Source of the DNA: Lama guanicoe
Lineage: Eukaryota
Direction of reading: 5' to 3'
Assembly (NCBI GenBank): GCA_013239625.1
Contig: MU056000.1
Location: forward strand, 11,607,175 to 11,671,174
DNA length: 64,000 nt
Below, one piece after another: positions 1-12,857 of this stretch (the stretch's first letter is position 1; each line of letters opens with the position of its first letter). A program made the translations under genes and the position numbers. The notes under the pieces were generated by a model. That model was not told the origin of the DNA. It ran no database searches and was given only the letters and a program-made list of their open reading frames with translations.

Positions 1-880
1 CACATCAATGATCATATGGATAGTTTTTGGAAAGCCTGCTAAAGAAATGACCTATGGTTTAATACTGTGTCAATAAAACTTCCAATCAACAATGGTATCA
101 TTGAAACCACTCTGGAAGGAATCACTTGTGCTCCCCCAGGTTTTGTCTTTAAATGTGATATTCGAACTGACCCAGCTTCCTACGAGTGGTCACAAAAATG
201 TCTAAATAGCTGCCACGTAGGTTTATGCTTATTGGAATGTTATGTTACCCCTCTATCTATATACAAAGAAACTGATGGACCTCCTTTTTCTTCCCATTAC
301 AAAGTCAAAAGAACCATGCTAGCAGAATACCAAGATACCTGGTGGCAAAGTCTTTTTGGAATCTTGGTTCCTAGTGCAAGAGTATATGTGAACAGAGATA
401 TCCTTAGAAATCTATCAGCCATCATTGGTCAAAAGGCTGAAGAAACTGCAAAAAAGCATTGAAGCGCAGCAGAAACCTCTCAGTTCTTTAGCTCAAGTAG
501 AATGAGATGGTAAGATTGCCTTAGATTTCCTACTGGCCAAACAAGGTGGCATTTGTGCTATAGCTCACGTTACTTGTTGCAATTACATCAACACGTCCAG
601 AAGGGTTGAGACATCTCTGGAAAAGATTTTCCCCAAAGCAAAATGGTTTCAAGGTATAAGAAAGACTGACCCTTTAAATGACCTCTTTTAGTTGCCTCCC
701 CTCAGGAGTAGGAACCTTTTCCGGCTCTGCTTTATAGACAATTGTTATTTTCATTGTATGTGTTATTCTTTTCTTTGTTACCAAATTATTTATGACACGT
801 ATCACTGCTTGTTTTAAGTCTACTGCCAAAAGCATACATATAGTGATTGTACAACAAACTGATACTATTGATCAAATATA
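1..880 (+). pseudogene. Decayed class I (gamma-type) ERV env: end of SU plus TM subunit
   Basis: ORF 67-462 has a furin site KVKR (301-312) followed by DTWWQSLFGILVPS...ILRNLSAIIG. After a frameshift in the A-run at ~450-456 the frame reads KSIEAQQKPLSSLAQVE*DGKIALDFLLAKQGGICAIAHVTCCNYINTS: an immunosuppressive-domain-like motif plus CX6CC (554-580). In-frame TGA at 503-505. Confidence 0.9.
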
Positions 881-1347
881 CACTCTATAATACTTCCTGC
901 ATCAAATATTTCTATGCTTGCTTACTGCCTTTAATTAGATTACTAAGATAAAATAAATAATAATGCTTAAATGAACTGAAACTGATGATCACATCCATAT
1001 AAGATAATGGACATGCACACTACACATATAAGGTTCAATTGGCATAAGTTCTATTGGACACCCTGACATTGGCTCTGTTTCATTGCCAAGCAACCTACTG
1101 GAACAGTTTCCTAAAAAGAAAAAAAGAATTGGGCTATCAAGGCCCAGCATCGAGGGACATCATAGATCCAGGGCAGGTAAGCAACCACCCTGGCATCAAG
1201 GGACCAAATAGTTGATCATCCGATGCTTTCTATCAAAAGATTTTTGGTCAAAAGGGGGAAGATAATGAGGAAAATATCACTGATCATCCGATGCTTTCAA
1301 ATCTTTCAAATCTATCAAAAGATTTTTGGTCAAAAGGGGGAAGATAA

Positions 1348-1837
1348 TGAGGAAAATATCATCAATTTTCTATGGCAGAACAATCCAACTAAGACAGAAA
1401 GAAAAAACAAATGACATGCCCCCCTTGTGATAAGTCTTTCCCAACGTGCAATGTGTATCCATATTATACGTTAACCAGACCTCCTCAAAGCAGAATGACA
1501 ACCTTGAGAAAAGTCAGCCCCTTTCTTCAGATGCCAACATTGTAACTCTATTATTAATATTTCTTTTTAATCTCATACAAGGGGTCACATTGACCAAAGG
1601 TTTGTTCTGTACATGCATAACTGACTGAAAAAAATTGATGAACTGTGTGCACAATGCTAACTTGTCAATATGTTACATAAACTCTTTGCCTCAAAAGTAT
1701 GTAAAACTGCATTTCTAACTCCTGATCAGTGGAGAAGTTCTCAGATCTTCTGAGAATCTGTTTCCCTGGTTATAATCCTCAGTTTGGCTCGAATAAAATT
1801 ATCTTTTCTTTCTTCCTAGCTTGATTGTTATTTGATA
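1348..1837 (+). mobile_element. ERV1-type 3' LTR of the provirus
   Basis: Starts TG just after the polypurine tract AAAAGGGGGAA (1332-1342). AATAAA at 1792-1797. Ends ...tttgata, immediately before L1 sequence begins. Confidence 0.8.
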
Positions 1838-3010
1838 AGAGTAGTAAGAGACTATTATAAACAACTTTAAGCCAATTAATTCAATTACACAGATGAAATT
1901 AACAAGTTCTCTGAAAAACATAACTTTAAAAAACTGACTCAAGAAGAAACTGAAGGTATGAATAACCCTATATACAATAAATTGACATTTTAATCAAAAA
2001 CCTTCTGCAAACAAATGAACAAGCAACTCCAGGGCCAGATGGTTTCACTGGAGAATTTTACCAAACATTTAGAAAATATAATGTCAAATTTACATATACT
2101 CTTCCAGAAAATAAAGGAGGACGGAATGTTTTCCAACTCATTTTATGAGCTCTGAATAAACTTGATACCAAAACCTGACAAAAACATTACAAGAAAAAAA
2201 AATTCCATACCATATTCCTTATGAGCATAGATTGAAAAAAAAACCCTCTACAAATATTAACAAACCAAATCCATCAATATATAAAAAGGAAAATGCAGCA
2301 TGAGTGAGGGGAATTCATCCCAGGACTGCAAGTTTGATATAATATTCAAATATCAATCAATGTAATTGACCATATCAACAAACTGAAAAATAAAAAGATT
2401 CTCTCAATAAATGTGGTGAAATTATGTGAAAAATATTCATTCATAATGAAAACTAGGAGTAGAAAAAAAAAAAACTTCTTAACCTGAAAAGGGTATCTAC
2501 AAAACACTTAGAGCTAGAATCATATTTAATGGTGGGAAAAAAGGATCAAGTACTAGACAAAGACACCACCCTTGTTACTTCTATTTGGTATTGAACTGGA
2601 TGTCCTAGTCAATGCAATAAGGCAAGAAAAAAAGGTATACAAATTGTAAAGGAAGAAGTATAAAATTGTCTCTATTTGTAGATGACATGATTACTTACGT
2701 AGAAAATCCTACAGAATCTACAAGAAAACCTAATTAAATTACAAAGTCAATGTGGCAAAGCCTCAAAATACAAGGTCAATAAACAAAGATACATTGTATT
2801 TAAACATGAGCAGCAAAAAGTTGGAAAATAAAATTATAAAAATAATACTACATAGAACACTATAAATCAGAAATTACTTAGGATGAAACATGTTTAAGGG
2901 TAATCTATAAAACATTTCTAACAGAAATTAAAGAAGACCTAAATAAATGACATTTATGAACCAGAAAACTCAGTATTTTTCAGATAACCATTCTCCTCAA
3001 AGTTAATTTT
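1838..3010 (+). mobile_element. Old L1 ORF2 (RT region) fragment
   Basis: Contains ccagggccagatggtttcactggagaattttaccaaacattta, ctatttgtagatgacatga (LFADDM-like) and gaaattaaagaagacctaaataaatg; many stops. Confidence 0.85.
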
Positions 3011-5138
3011 TAAAGTTAAAACAGAAGAAAAATTGTATCAGAAAAACAAATGTTTCTCATTGTTTACATTTTCAAAAAAGTAACTACTTATTTATAATGA
3101 TCATCAATCAGTGGATATTATCACTCTAATTTTAACTCACAGTGACTAAAAATGAGAAACATATCTTCAATTCTTAGTTGTAATTTCTGTAAGAATTAGG
3201 CAGGAGAAAACCCCCTGAACATTTTCTTGTGGGGGACAATCTTTACTACCACTCCTTGGCCATTGGTAATGCATATTCTTCAAGGAACAATGTCTTGGCC
3301 ACAGATCATTGCTTGGTTTAATTAAAATGACTGGAACTAGATCACATGACCAAGAGAAATGCAGAAAGTTGGCTGGGCAGCGTCCCATGTGTACTGGGGA
3401 ATGTTGTGGTGAGCTCACGTTATTGTACAGAACACAAAACATCAATAAATTATTTCTTCCAGAGTCATGGAAATCCCAAGAGTTTGACAAGCCATGTCCC
3501 AGGACTACGGAGCTGTTCTCAGTATGGTTTATAGTTCAAGAGGAAGAAATCAAGCAGGTGAGGCGAAGGTCACCTCGGGGGTTCTTGATATGATTGTCCA
3601 GAGCTGTATGCCTGGGCCCTAGGATTATAAAGTAGGAGAGAAACCTCTCAGAGAAGACAGCTTCTAAGAAGACTTCAGTACTGAGAATCTTCCTAGATTT
3701 CCTCATGACAACTGGGCTCAAATAGCGTGGATGCAACAAAGGGCAAGGCTGCCTTTTAACTTTAGGGCCAAGAGAATAAAATCGTGAATGAATCAGGACA
3801 AAGGTTAAACTAGCCTGAGCCCACGTGGGACAGAAAAGGGACCAAGAATTCAGGGCTGGGCCAGAGTGGTCAGATAAGCCTGGAAAGTTTGAAAATTCAA
3901 TTCTAAGGTGGGAGGAAATTCCAAAGTGAATGTTTCATTACTAAATGAGAAGCAAGACCAGCAGAGCCACCGACGTGGAGAAGTGAGGGATACTAAACAG
4001 GAGAAGCATCTCAGAACAGCCAGGGACCAGGACACTAATTACGCAGATGAGATGAGCTTTCCAAAAAACCCTTTTAGCAAAAGTTCTCCTTTATCCAGAT
4101 GCCAAGTCTTTGGAAATAGGAGGCTGAGCCTGAAGACTATCCCATCTGGCTTTCTCCAGATCCACAGGAAGATGGTAGATCAAAGGAGATGTGAAGCTTT
4201 CTTACAGGGGATGAGTATCCTTAGTTGGAAGGTTTCACCTAACTGAGAAAAATCTCTCAGATGACTGAATATTAACAGGAGCAACAGCTTTCTGAACTAA
4301 CAAGGAAGCATTAATTTAGCCACAATAAGGTATGGTGTCTACATAAGGAATATCAAAGAGTCTGGATCTCATGTAAGAAGACGTATAGTTATTCCTCCAT
4401 TTTTTCCCCTAATTCTTTTAGAACCATCCATACCTCATCTCTCAATGTAATCACTTATTCAATTGTTCTGACTGTTACAGATTTACACACTTGTCAAGGG
4501 CTTGTTGGTCCAGATTTAACAGTCCAAAAGTTGAAATAAAAATACACTTTAGCTCTTCAGTGTTTCAGAGTTTATACTATCCTTTCCCTCTCTGTCTTAT
4601 AACAAAAGCAAGTGTTATTCATTACATCAAATCATGGAACTGTCCCCCATGTGTCAACTGTCTAATACAGTTAATCTCAGTAACTAGATTTTGCCCCATA
4701 TGAATTAAAAGTGTATGTCTGCATATAATGCATTTTTGTTTCAATACCCTTCTCAATATTCAATATTAATGATGTTTGAATACAAGCTCCCCAGGGGATC
4801 TCTGATTAATTATTAGGTGGTCATAATGGTATTTACTCATTCTCTCCATAAGGAGTTGAAAGCTACCTTTGCTAAAGGAGCTTGTTAAAACTCTCAGTGG
4901 GCTGTTACTGTTTTCAACCTTGTTTTTGGAACCGAATTTTCACAGAAAACAACTATCTTTACAAAACTTTGACATATTCACATGTTGAGGTATGGGGAAG
5001 TCATTGTGGCTTATACGTGAGTTAAGATGAATTTCGTGCTAACTGAAAAAGCCTATTTGTGTACAATCAAACATACATTGAGTAACTACTTTAATTATTA
5101 AAGAAAACTGTGCATTGGCCAGAAGTAAAGAACGTCTA

Positions 5139-5473
5139 TGTTAGAAATAAAGGTTAAATGCCTCTCTGTCCGAGATGCCAATGTTGGTACTCCTTCAACG
5201 ATCAGAGTCCCCTCCCAGGTGCCAGCACCTTACTGACTCACTGTGTTCATGCTGATTTGTTTTTCTTGAAACTGAAAGAATATATCCCTGGCTTGTTTCA
5301 TATCCTTTGTTCTGACCAGATGTAAACCTGTGCTGAAAGCCACGCTTCTCTGTAGCAGTTTCTCAGAGTTTTATGACAGGCTGTCTTCCAGGCGATAGTC
5401 CTTTAGTTTGGCTCAAATAAAACTCTTTTCTATTCCTATATTAGATTATTTATTGACTATTTTTGACCAAACA
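5139..5473 (+). mobile_element. Solo ERV1-type LTR
   Basis: TGTT...AACA termini. The block ctgtcttccaggcgatagtcctttagtttggctcaaataaaa resembles the same region of the LTRs at 1348 and 10804. No clean TSD seen. Confidence 0.7.
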
Positions 5474-8186
5474 CTGTATATTCTCCTGCTGGTCAGAAGA
5501 GCACCCTTGGTATGGACCACAGCACGAGTCAGATTGTATCTTCCGTGGATTTATGCAGTTTTGCATAGTGATTTTCCCTTGGCAGTGAAGAGGTGGGCTA
5601 ATGTGCTGGTTCCAACAGAGAGCTGTGAACAAGCCCTTCTGCCAAGTCAGTTATTTTTCTCATAAGGACTTAAGTATTTTTCACTGTAAAAGGATACCTG
5701 AAAGAGTTGTCTGAGAACAGCTGTGTCCTGACACCCCCATACCTAGCTCTCTTTCCTTACATGGGTTCTGGAGACTGAACCGGTGGCTATAAGACAATGA
5801 AGCTGCTGAATCAGTAACAGGGAGGACGCAGCCCATCAAACTGAGCACTGAACACACAGCGTCTACTACGTGAAGCTGGACTTTGCCTCTGTTTTGGGCT
5901 ACAGAAGTCTCACTGCAGGATGACACCGCCAATGTGAAGGTGCACGGAATTCTGCCAACTTTGAACTTCTGATGTGTATAAATGTATTCGTTCAGCATAT
6001 ACTTTTTGGATCCCTGGGATGTGCCAGGCCCTATGGAAGGCACTAGACTGAGGAAAAATTCCTATTCTCATGGGATCACTCACAAAGAAAAAAAGAAACA
6101 CAAAAAGCTTCCAGGACAGGTGAGCAGAGTTTAAAAGGACAGGTAAAGAGTTGAGTCGGTGGAAAGAGTCTGCTGCAGACTTGGCAGGGAGATGGAAGGG
6201 CAGGCTGAGAGAAGCACGTGCAGAGGAGCTGGTATGTTTGGGAACTAGTGAGATTTTTATTGTCACTGGAGAGTACAGTCCTTGCTGGCAAGTAGTGGAA
6301 GCGGCTCATGAGGGGCTTCTAGGATCAGCTATGAAGTTAAATTGTATCCTATCAGGCAATGGCTATAATCACAAGAAAGAACCAGGTCTAAATGTGGAAG
6401 GATGCTGCCAGGTCCTGCCACACATACCACAGTGCCTGGGCACGTAGCCGGTGCTCAGGTTCGCCATAATTATTATTCCAAAGGCACAACTGAGAACTTC
6501 TCTGAGACAGGGAAATCCTGACCCTCTGCTTCTAGATGTTTCTAGAGCAAATCTGTTGGAAGAACAATCACCAGTGTGTCTGAGGACGGCTACCCCTCCC
6601 AGCTCCCAGTTACACCCCAAATCATGACCCATTTGCTGACATCCGGCTGTGGTTAGCACAACAGTTTGCTTGAGTGCAAAGAAATCCTTTCCACTGACAT
6701 AAGAAATTGTAAATCTTTTAAGGGAGATTTGGCAACTCATCAATCCCCAGTTAAAGGGGGCGGTGGTGGGGGGAAATAGCTATGATATCTTCTCATATTT
6801 TATTCTTTACTTTGAGCAATATATTAATAACCCAAACAAATGGATAACTTCCCACTAGTTCCTGGACTTCCTCACTGTCTCATAGTTTTCCCATCATAAG
6901 GGTTTTGGAGGAAAAATAAAGAAAAAGCTTTTCCTCACTAAAGAGAGCATCCTTTTGCTTAAACTTAAAAACTTAAGGTCATTTGTTCACATTTTAATTG
7001 ATAACCTACCATTTGCCAGGCCAGGCAGAAGTGCAGGACAGAGCACTACCGTGAGACATAGCGTCACACCCAAGGGTCCAGTGAGGAAACGACACATGAC
7101 AAGTGACTGCAAAGGATGCCCCATCAATCATATCTGTGTGCACAGCACTCTCACAGCGCAGAACAGAGATACAACACGTAATTGGGAGGCACAGCAAGCA
7201 GAAGGAGGAGGGCATGTGCTCTGGGGTTTTGAAGAAGCTGTAGAAGTTCATTAGGCAGAAAAGAATATGCCAGACAGAAGGCCAAGCAGCTCTCAATTGT
7301 TGGCTTTGGGTTCTGCTTTAATTTCATTTTATCCTTCACTCACTTCTTCTAATAGATATGAGTTCAATTCCCACATCCTGGCTTTGCAAACCAGCAGCAG
7401 TCAAATAATGACTTCTTATCCCATTAATTCCAATATATTTTAATTCTAGTTATGAATTTATAATTTACCTCCAGTTATTAATTCCAGTGTAAAATCTGGT
7501 TTCCACCTCAAATAGCCCATAATCTACTTGAGCGATGAGACCAATGCATGGGAAACAGAGGGGAGTCAAATAATACAGCATGTGATTAAGTCACAAGCCG
7601 TGCAGAAGAGACCGTGAGTTTCATAACTGGTGTTTGGTGGACAGATGTCAGTGCAGACTAAAGCAATCCAGAATGGCTTCCTGGAGGAGACTGGCCTGCC
7701 TGTGAGCAGTAGGGAAAATTTAGAGAGTAAAAGTCCGGGATAAGACCTTCCAGGCAGGAGCAACATGAACAAGGCTCCACGGCAGGAAAATGAACAAGGG
7801 ATGCTTCTGTGGGGCCCGATTTAAAATAAGGCTGTGTCTGCAGAACCCCTGAGGAACTATTTGAGAAGCGAGAAGTGTGGTGAACAGGCTGCTAGATACA
7901 GAACATCCAGCAATATGACTAATTCTTTCCCCGAAAGTCCCTCTGATATATGATCATCTGTTTACACGGCCGCTTCCCCGACCTCACCGGGAGCTCTCAG
8001 CAGGCAGGGGCGGTACCTTATTGATGTCTGCATGAGTCTTTGTTACCTGGCATCAAGCTTGGCACCGCATCAGAACTCACACTGGGTCGGTGAAGGAGAC
8101 TTAGTTTTGCTTCATCTCTTTATGGGAGTGATTTGCTTTGACAGCATAAAAGGATCCCAAAGTCACTTTAGCTTTCTAGTTCTAGT

Positions 8187-8403
8187 CTGGTGGTTCTCAA
8201 CCAAGGATAATTTTGCCACACCCACTCCCCAGGGGACCTTTGACAGAATTTGGAGATATTTTTGGTTGTCATTACTGGAGATGGTGCTCCTAGTATCCAG
8301 GGGGCTGAAGCCAGCAATGCGGGTAAACATCCTGCAATGTGCAAGTCAGCCCTGCAACAAAAATTACCCCAAATGTCGACAGTGCCAAGGCTGAGAAACC
8401 CTA
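8187..8403. mobile_element. MER20-like hAT DNA transposon
   Basis: Termini gtggttctcaacc ... ggctgagaaaccct; internal tttttggttgtca and aaacatcctgcaatgtgca; ~217 bp. Confidence 0.8.
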
Positions 8404-8924
8404 GTCTAGTCTAGTCTAGTCTATCATTCTTAAGACTAAAATAGATGCTGTGTTCGGATTGTGGGTGTCTTCGCTGTCCTCTCTTCTGAACTTGAAGCAT
8501 ACTTCTCTTTAAAAAGAAATGAGGGGGAAAAAGCCCGATTCTTTCCAAGATCACTGCACTTAGTTTCCTGGGAAACCTAACAGCAGTCATGTCCAGAGTG
8601 TGTCATGGGTCATCTCATCAGCCAGCAAACTGCATTACATGGTGACTCAGCCAGAAAATGCACGAGAAACAGTGCAGGGAGGACAATGTCAGGCGGTGAC
8701 TAATGTGCTGATGTGTTCAAGGTGCCTGATTCTTTGTGATTCTGCACATAGTAAGCTGTGTGTATACATTAAGCATGCTCATATTTTAAATTAATGATAG
8801 ATGATTCAATGAAGCGCTGATGAAGGAAGGGAAAGCATGTTGCTTAATGAAAGATTTTTTTATAACTTGGAATAGATAGAAACAGACGGATGCAAGGAAG
8901 GAAGGACTGAGGAAGGAAAGATTG

Positions 8925-9010
8925 AGAGATGAGTGGATGGATGGATGGATGGATGGATGATAGGTAGATAAATGGATGGATGGATAAATGGATGAATAGA
9001 TAGATGGACA
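8925..9010. repeat. (GGAT/AGAT)n microsatellite
   Basis: ggatggatggatggatggatggatga... read directly from the sequence. Confidence 0.9.
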
Positions 9011-10803
9011 GACAGACTGAGCTACCCTCACCCAAGGCCACAGCCAAGGTCACTATAACATCATAATGCTATGTGGCCATCTCGCACCACATCTCAATTC
9101 ACTGGAATCACCCAGATTACAAAAAAAAAGTTGGCCTTTTCCGTTTTTGATTAGGAACTGGAAGAAAGCTATTCAAAAAGGTTAGGCTGATTCTAATATT
9201 CTGATACTAAACAGTTTCTGGATTAGGTGAACTTGAGGCCTCAGAGAGGGGAATCTACACTACAAACTAAATGATTGTGTTGTTCTGGAGAAGGGAGAGC
9301 TCTTTAGATAAGAAAGAAAACCAAAAACAATCTGATGGGCATGGATGAAAAATGTGTCTACTGAGGAGAGGATTCAGCCCATTCCAGATCTGAACGTACA
9401 CAACTGAGAATCTGTCCTCATAACACATTTGGAAGGAGGCAGAAAGCTCTTCAGGGGCCTTTTAGTTTAAGGAAGAGAGAAGAATGGCTCAAGTAGGGAA
9501 GTAAACTTCTGGGCAAGGCCACCACGCTGGCTGGCAGGAAATCAATCTGACCACTGGCACTGGTCCAGTGATCCTGTTACTCTGTATGATGCCTCTGAAC
9601 TCGCCCTGAAACCTCTCCCTTTCTCAGCTTGGGTCATCTTCTCACTGCTATGGGTTCATGTACTGTTCACTCTTAATTCCTTCTCACCAGTCCAACACAG
9701 CCAGCCCACTACCTATGATAGTGGCATAAGCCACCTGCCCCAGGACCCATAATGTCAAAGGTGGCTGGGGTGGGACCCCAGCTGGGGTGCTGGCTGCAGG
9801 TCAGGTGTTTTATGAAGCTGTTCCTGTACTACTTCTGATAAAATCTCTGTCTATCCTGAAAAAATTCCAAAATAATGACCATTACAGAAGGAATGAATAT
9901 GAAATTATCCACGTGACAGCTGAACTAGCTTTTAAGCCACTTTATTTATGAACAGGATTTATCTGATAGAAGATGTGAAGGCAACTTTTCTAGAATTTTC
10001 CCTCCCCCAAGAGATGCTTAGAGTGGAAAAAAAATAAATTAAGTAGTTTGGAGAACAGAGAAGGGCTTGAGGGCAGCACTATTGATTTTTTTGGAAATTA
10101 GATTACCGCATTACCGTATTTTAGGAGGTTATAGCCCTCTTAAAGGATAATTTATTTTTCAACAAACTTCTTTGACAAAAGTTTCGTAATTGAAAGTAGG
10201 AGAATGCATGACTGCAACGAAGCATGCTTCACAAACAGTGAACTAAGGCAACTGTAACCCCAAATAATTAATAAATTATGAAACAGCTACAACAATATTA
10301 AATGTGCTCCCAGATAAAAGAAATAAAGCCTAAATCTGGGCATGTTAGGGCTAAGAGATGGAGAAGGAGGGCAGGCATAGGGTCGCAGTGGTGGATACAG
10401 AACTTAGAAGGTCTCGTCTTAACATCTGTTGGGGAAGAGAAAGGGGACTTAATGGTGGCAGGACTGTCCCCAGGCAGGACAAACAGATGAAGAAAAGGAG
10501 GGACACAGAAGGTCAGATCTATTCAATTCTAAAAGCTCCAGTGGCCTGGAGCAAGCAAGGCAGGGTGAAGAGGAAGCTGCAGAGCACGAGATTCAGGGAG
10601 GGCCACAGCATCCAGCATGGAGGCCAGCTGAGGTGGCCCAGAGAGCAGCCAATGGAAAACCAGGCCTGTGTATTTCTGGGTAGTGGGGGCACATGAGAAA
10701 AGTGTGCTTTGGGCTGGGTTTCTCCTGGAGCTACAGGAGCAGAGCTCTGCACAAAGAGCTTTATGGAGAGAGCATTTGTGTCGTGTGTGTGTGTGCATCC
10801 ACA

Positions 10804-11291
10804 TGTGGGCCTATAAATGGGGAATATTGCCGGCCCTTCCAGTAAACAAAGTATGTTGCCCACCATCAGGCCATCAGCCACCGCAGTGGCCCCTGACAGT
10901 GTGCCCTGAGGGGATTTCAGAATGGAGAAAAACAGGAAACATTCTGTATTCTGGATACTGGCCCTAGGTAGTTAAGATCATATCTAAGAAATAATTTCAA
11001 TGAGCCCAGGCTCTTGCATCTTCCCATATATAGAAAAGCACTAAAATCGTTAACTGGAGATGTCTATTTTTTTGTGATTAACAATAATCTTTTGATGTTC
11101 AACTACAGGTTTTTTGGGTTTTTTTTTTTTTTCGGTAAGAACTCCTATATATCCTGGCTCCTCCCTTATCTCTTTGGAACTATTGATCAGAGCTGTCTGA
11201 GAGACTGTCTTCCAGGCTATAGTTCTCAGTTAGGTCCCCAAATAAAACTTAACTGGCAACTCTTAGGTCGTGCATTTTTCTTCAGTCAACA
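10804..11291 (+). mobile_element. Solo ERV1-type LTR
   Basis: TG...CA termini, TATA-like tatatat at ~11147, AATAAA at ~11241. Flanks caca/cgca fit a 4-bp TSD with one CpG-type change. Confidence 0.8.
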
Positions 11292-11394
11292 CGCACATGT
11301 AAACATGTGTGTGTGCACATGTGTGTTTATGACTCATACTTGTGTCCTCCGTCTGGTGTTGATGATGTGTTGTTAACATCACAAGCCTCAGTGT

Positions 11395-11595
11395 GGTCCA
11401 GCCTTAGTGACAGTCCTAGTTCTGCTATTTCCTACATAACCTTGGAAATCTGCTTGAGTCTTCAGAGCCTCAGTTTCCTCCTTTACAACAGCAGAATAGT
11501 AATACTCACCTCATAGGATTGCTGTGAGCATCACAAGAGATGAATCTCCCTAAAACACTTAACAGTTTCCCTGGAACAGAAGCGCTCGATGAACC
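11395..11595 (+). mobile_element. MIR SINE
   Basis: MIR core gagcctcagtttcctcctttacaa...cacctcataggattgctgtgag. Confidence 0.8.
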
Positions 11596-12110
11596 GCATT
11601 CAGCTATAAACTGAAACGAAGACAGAGTTTCCAGAAATTCACAGGCTGAGCCCTGGGAGGAGGCAGGCCCAGGCTTGTTTTGCACAACAGGCAAATATAT
11701 CCACTGCCACTTTTCTTTCCAGAACCATTGGCTAATATATCAGTGAAGTTTCATTTGAGAAACATGTTTTCTTCCCAGATCTCTAAAAATCTATGCAAAG
11801 CATATTTGTATATTTTTATTAATTTATAAAATTTTATAGTATAAGCTAGTATAAAGGCCCCCTTTCAGAAGACAAAAATCATAAGACAAAAAATATTGCT
11901 TAGGACACTGAGACCAAGATCACGTAAGCCAGTTTCTGTACTTGTTAAGACTGTTTTGCACAAAGGGATCATTAAACTGTGTCACTGGACTCAAAGGAGA
12001 TCAGGTGTAATGAAGAAATCTCTCCATCCCAGCCCAGAGATTGCATTTTTCCACTACTTATATGTGGGCCGCTAGTTGTGGGTGAAGAGCAGCATGTTCA
12101 TATAAGAATG

Positions 12111-12150
12111 CACAATATAATACAATATAATACAATATAATACAATATAA
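12111..12150. repeat. (TACAATATAA)x4 tandem repeat
   Basis: Read directly from the sequence. Confidence 0.9.
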
Positions 12151-12216
12151 CAGTATACTATGAAATTGATTTTTTTTGAAATAGAGAATAGTAGAGGTTA
12201 ACAGAAGCATTTAGAA

Positions 12217-12824
12217 GGCCTTCCTTAAGAAACAAGAAAAATCTCAAATAAACAATCTAACCTGCCATCCAAAGGAAATCGAAAAAGAAGAACAAACAAA
12301 GTCCAAAGTCAGCTGAAGGGAGGAAACAATAAAGATCAATGAAACCAAGAGCTTGTTTTTCAAAAACATAAACAAAGTTGATAAACCTTTAGCTAGGTTT
12401 ATCAAGAAGAAAGGAGAGAAGACTTAAATAAACAAAATAAGAAGAGAAAGTGGAGAAATAATAACTGATACCACAGATATTTTAAAAATCATGAGAATAC
12501 TATGAACAGTTATATGCTAAAAAATTGGACAACCTAGAAGAAATGTTTAAATTTCTAGAAACAAAAACCTACCAAGACTGAATCAGAAAGAAATAGACAA
12601 TCTGAACAGACTAATCATTAGTAGTGAAATTAAATTTGTAATGAAAAAACTCCCAGCAACCAAAAACCCAGGACTGGATGGCTTCACAGGGGAGTTCTAC
12701 AAAATATTTAAAGAAGAGCTAATCTTATCTTCCTCAAATATTCTGAAAAATTGAAGAAGATGGAGCACTCCAAAATTTATTCTACAAGACCACCAGTACC
12801 TTGATATGAAAACCAGAGACATTA

Positions 12825-12857
<33 letters not shown>

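Noticed and set aside
8786..9053. ORFs with SIHP repeats
   Set aside because: These come from the (GGAT)n microsatellite.
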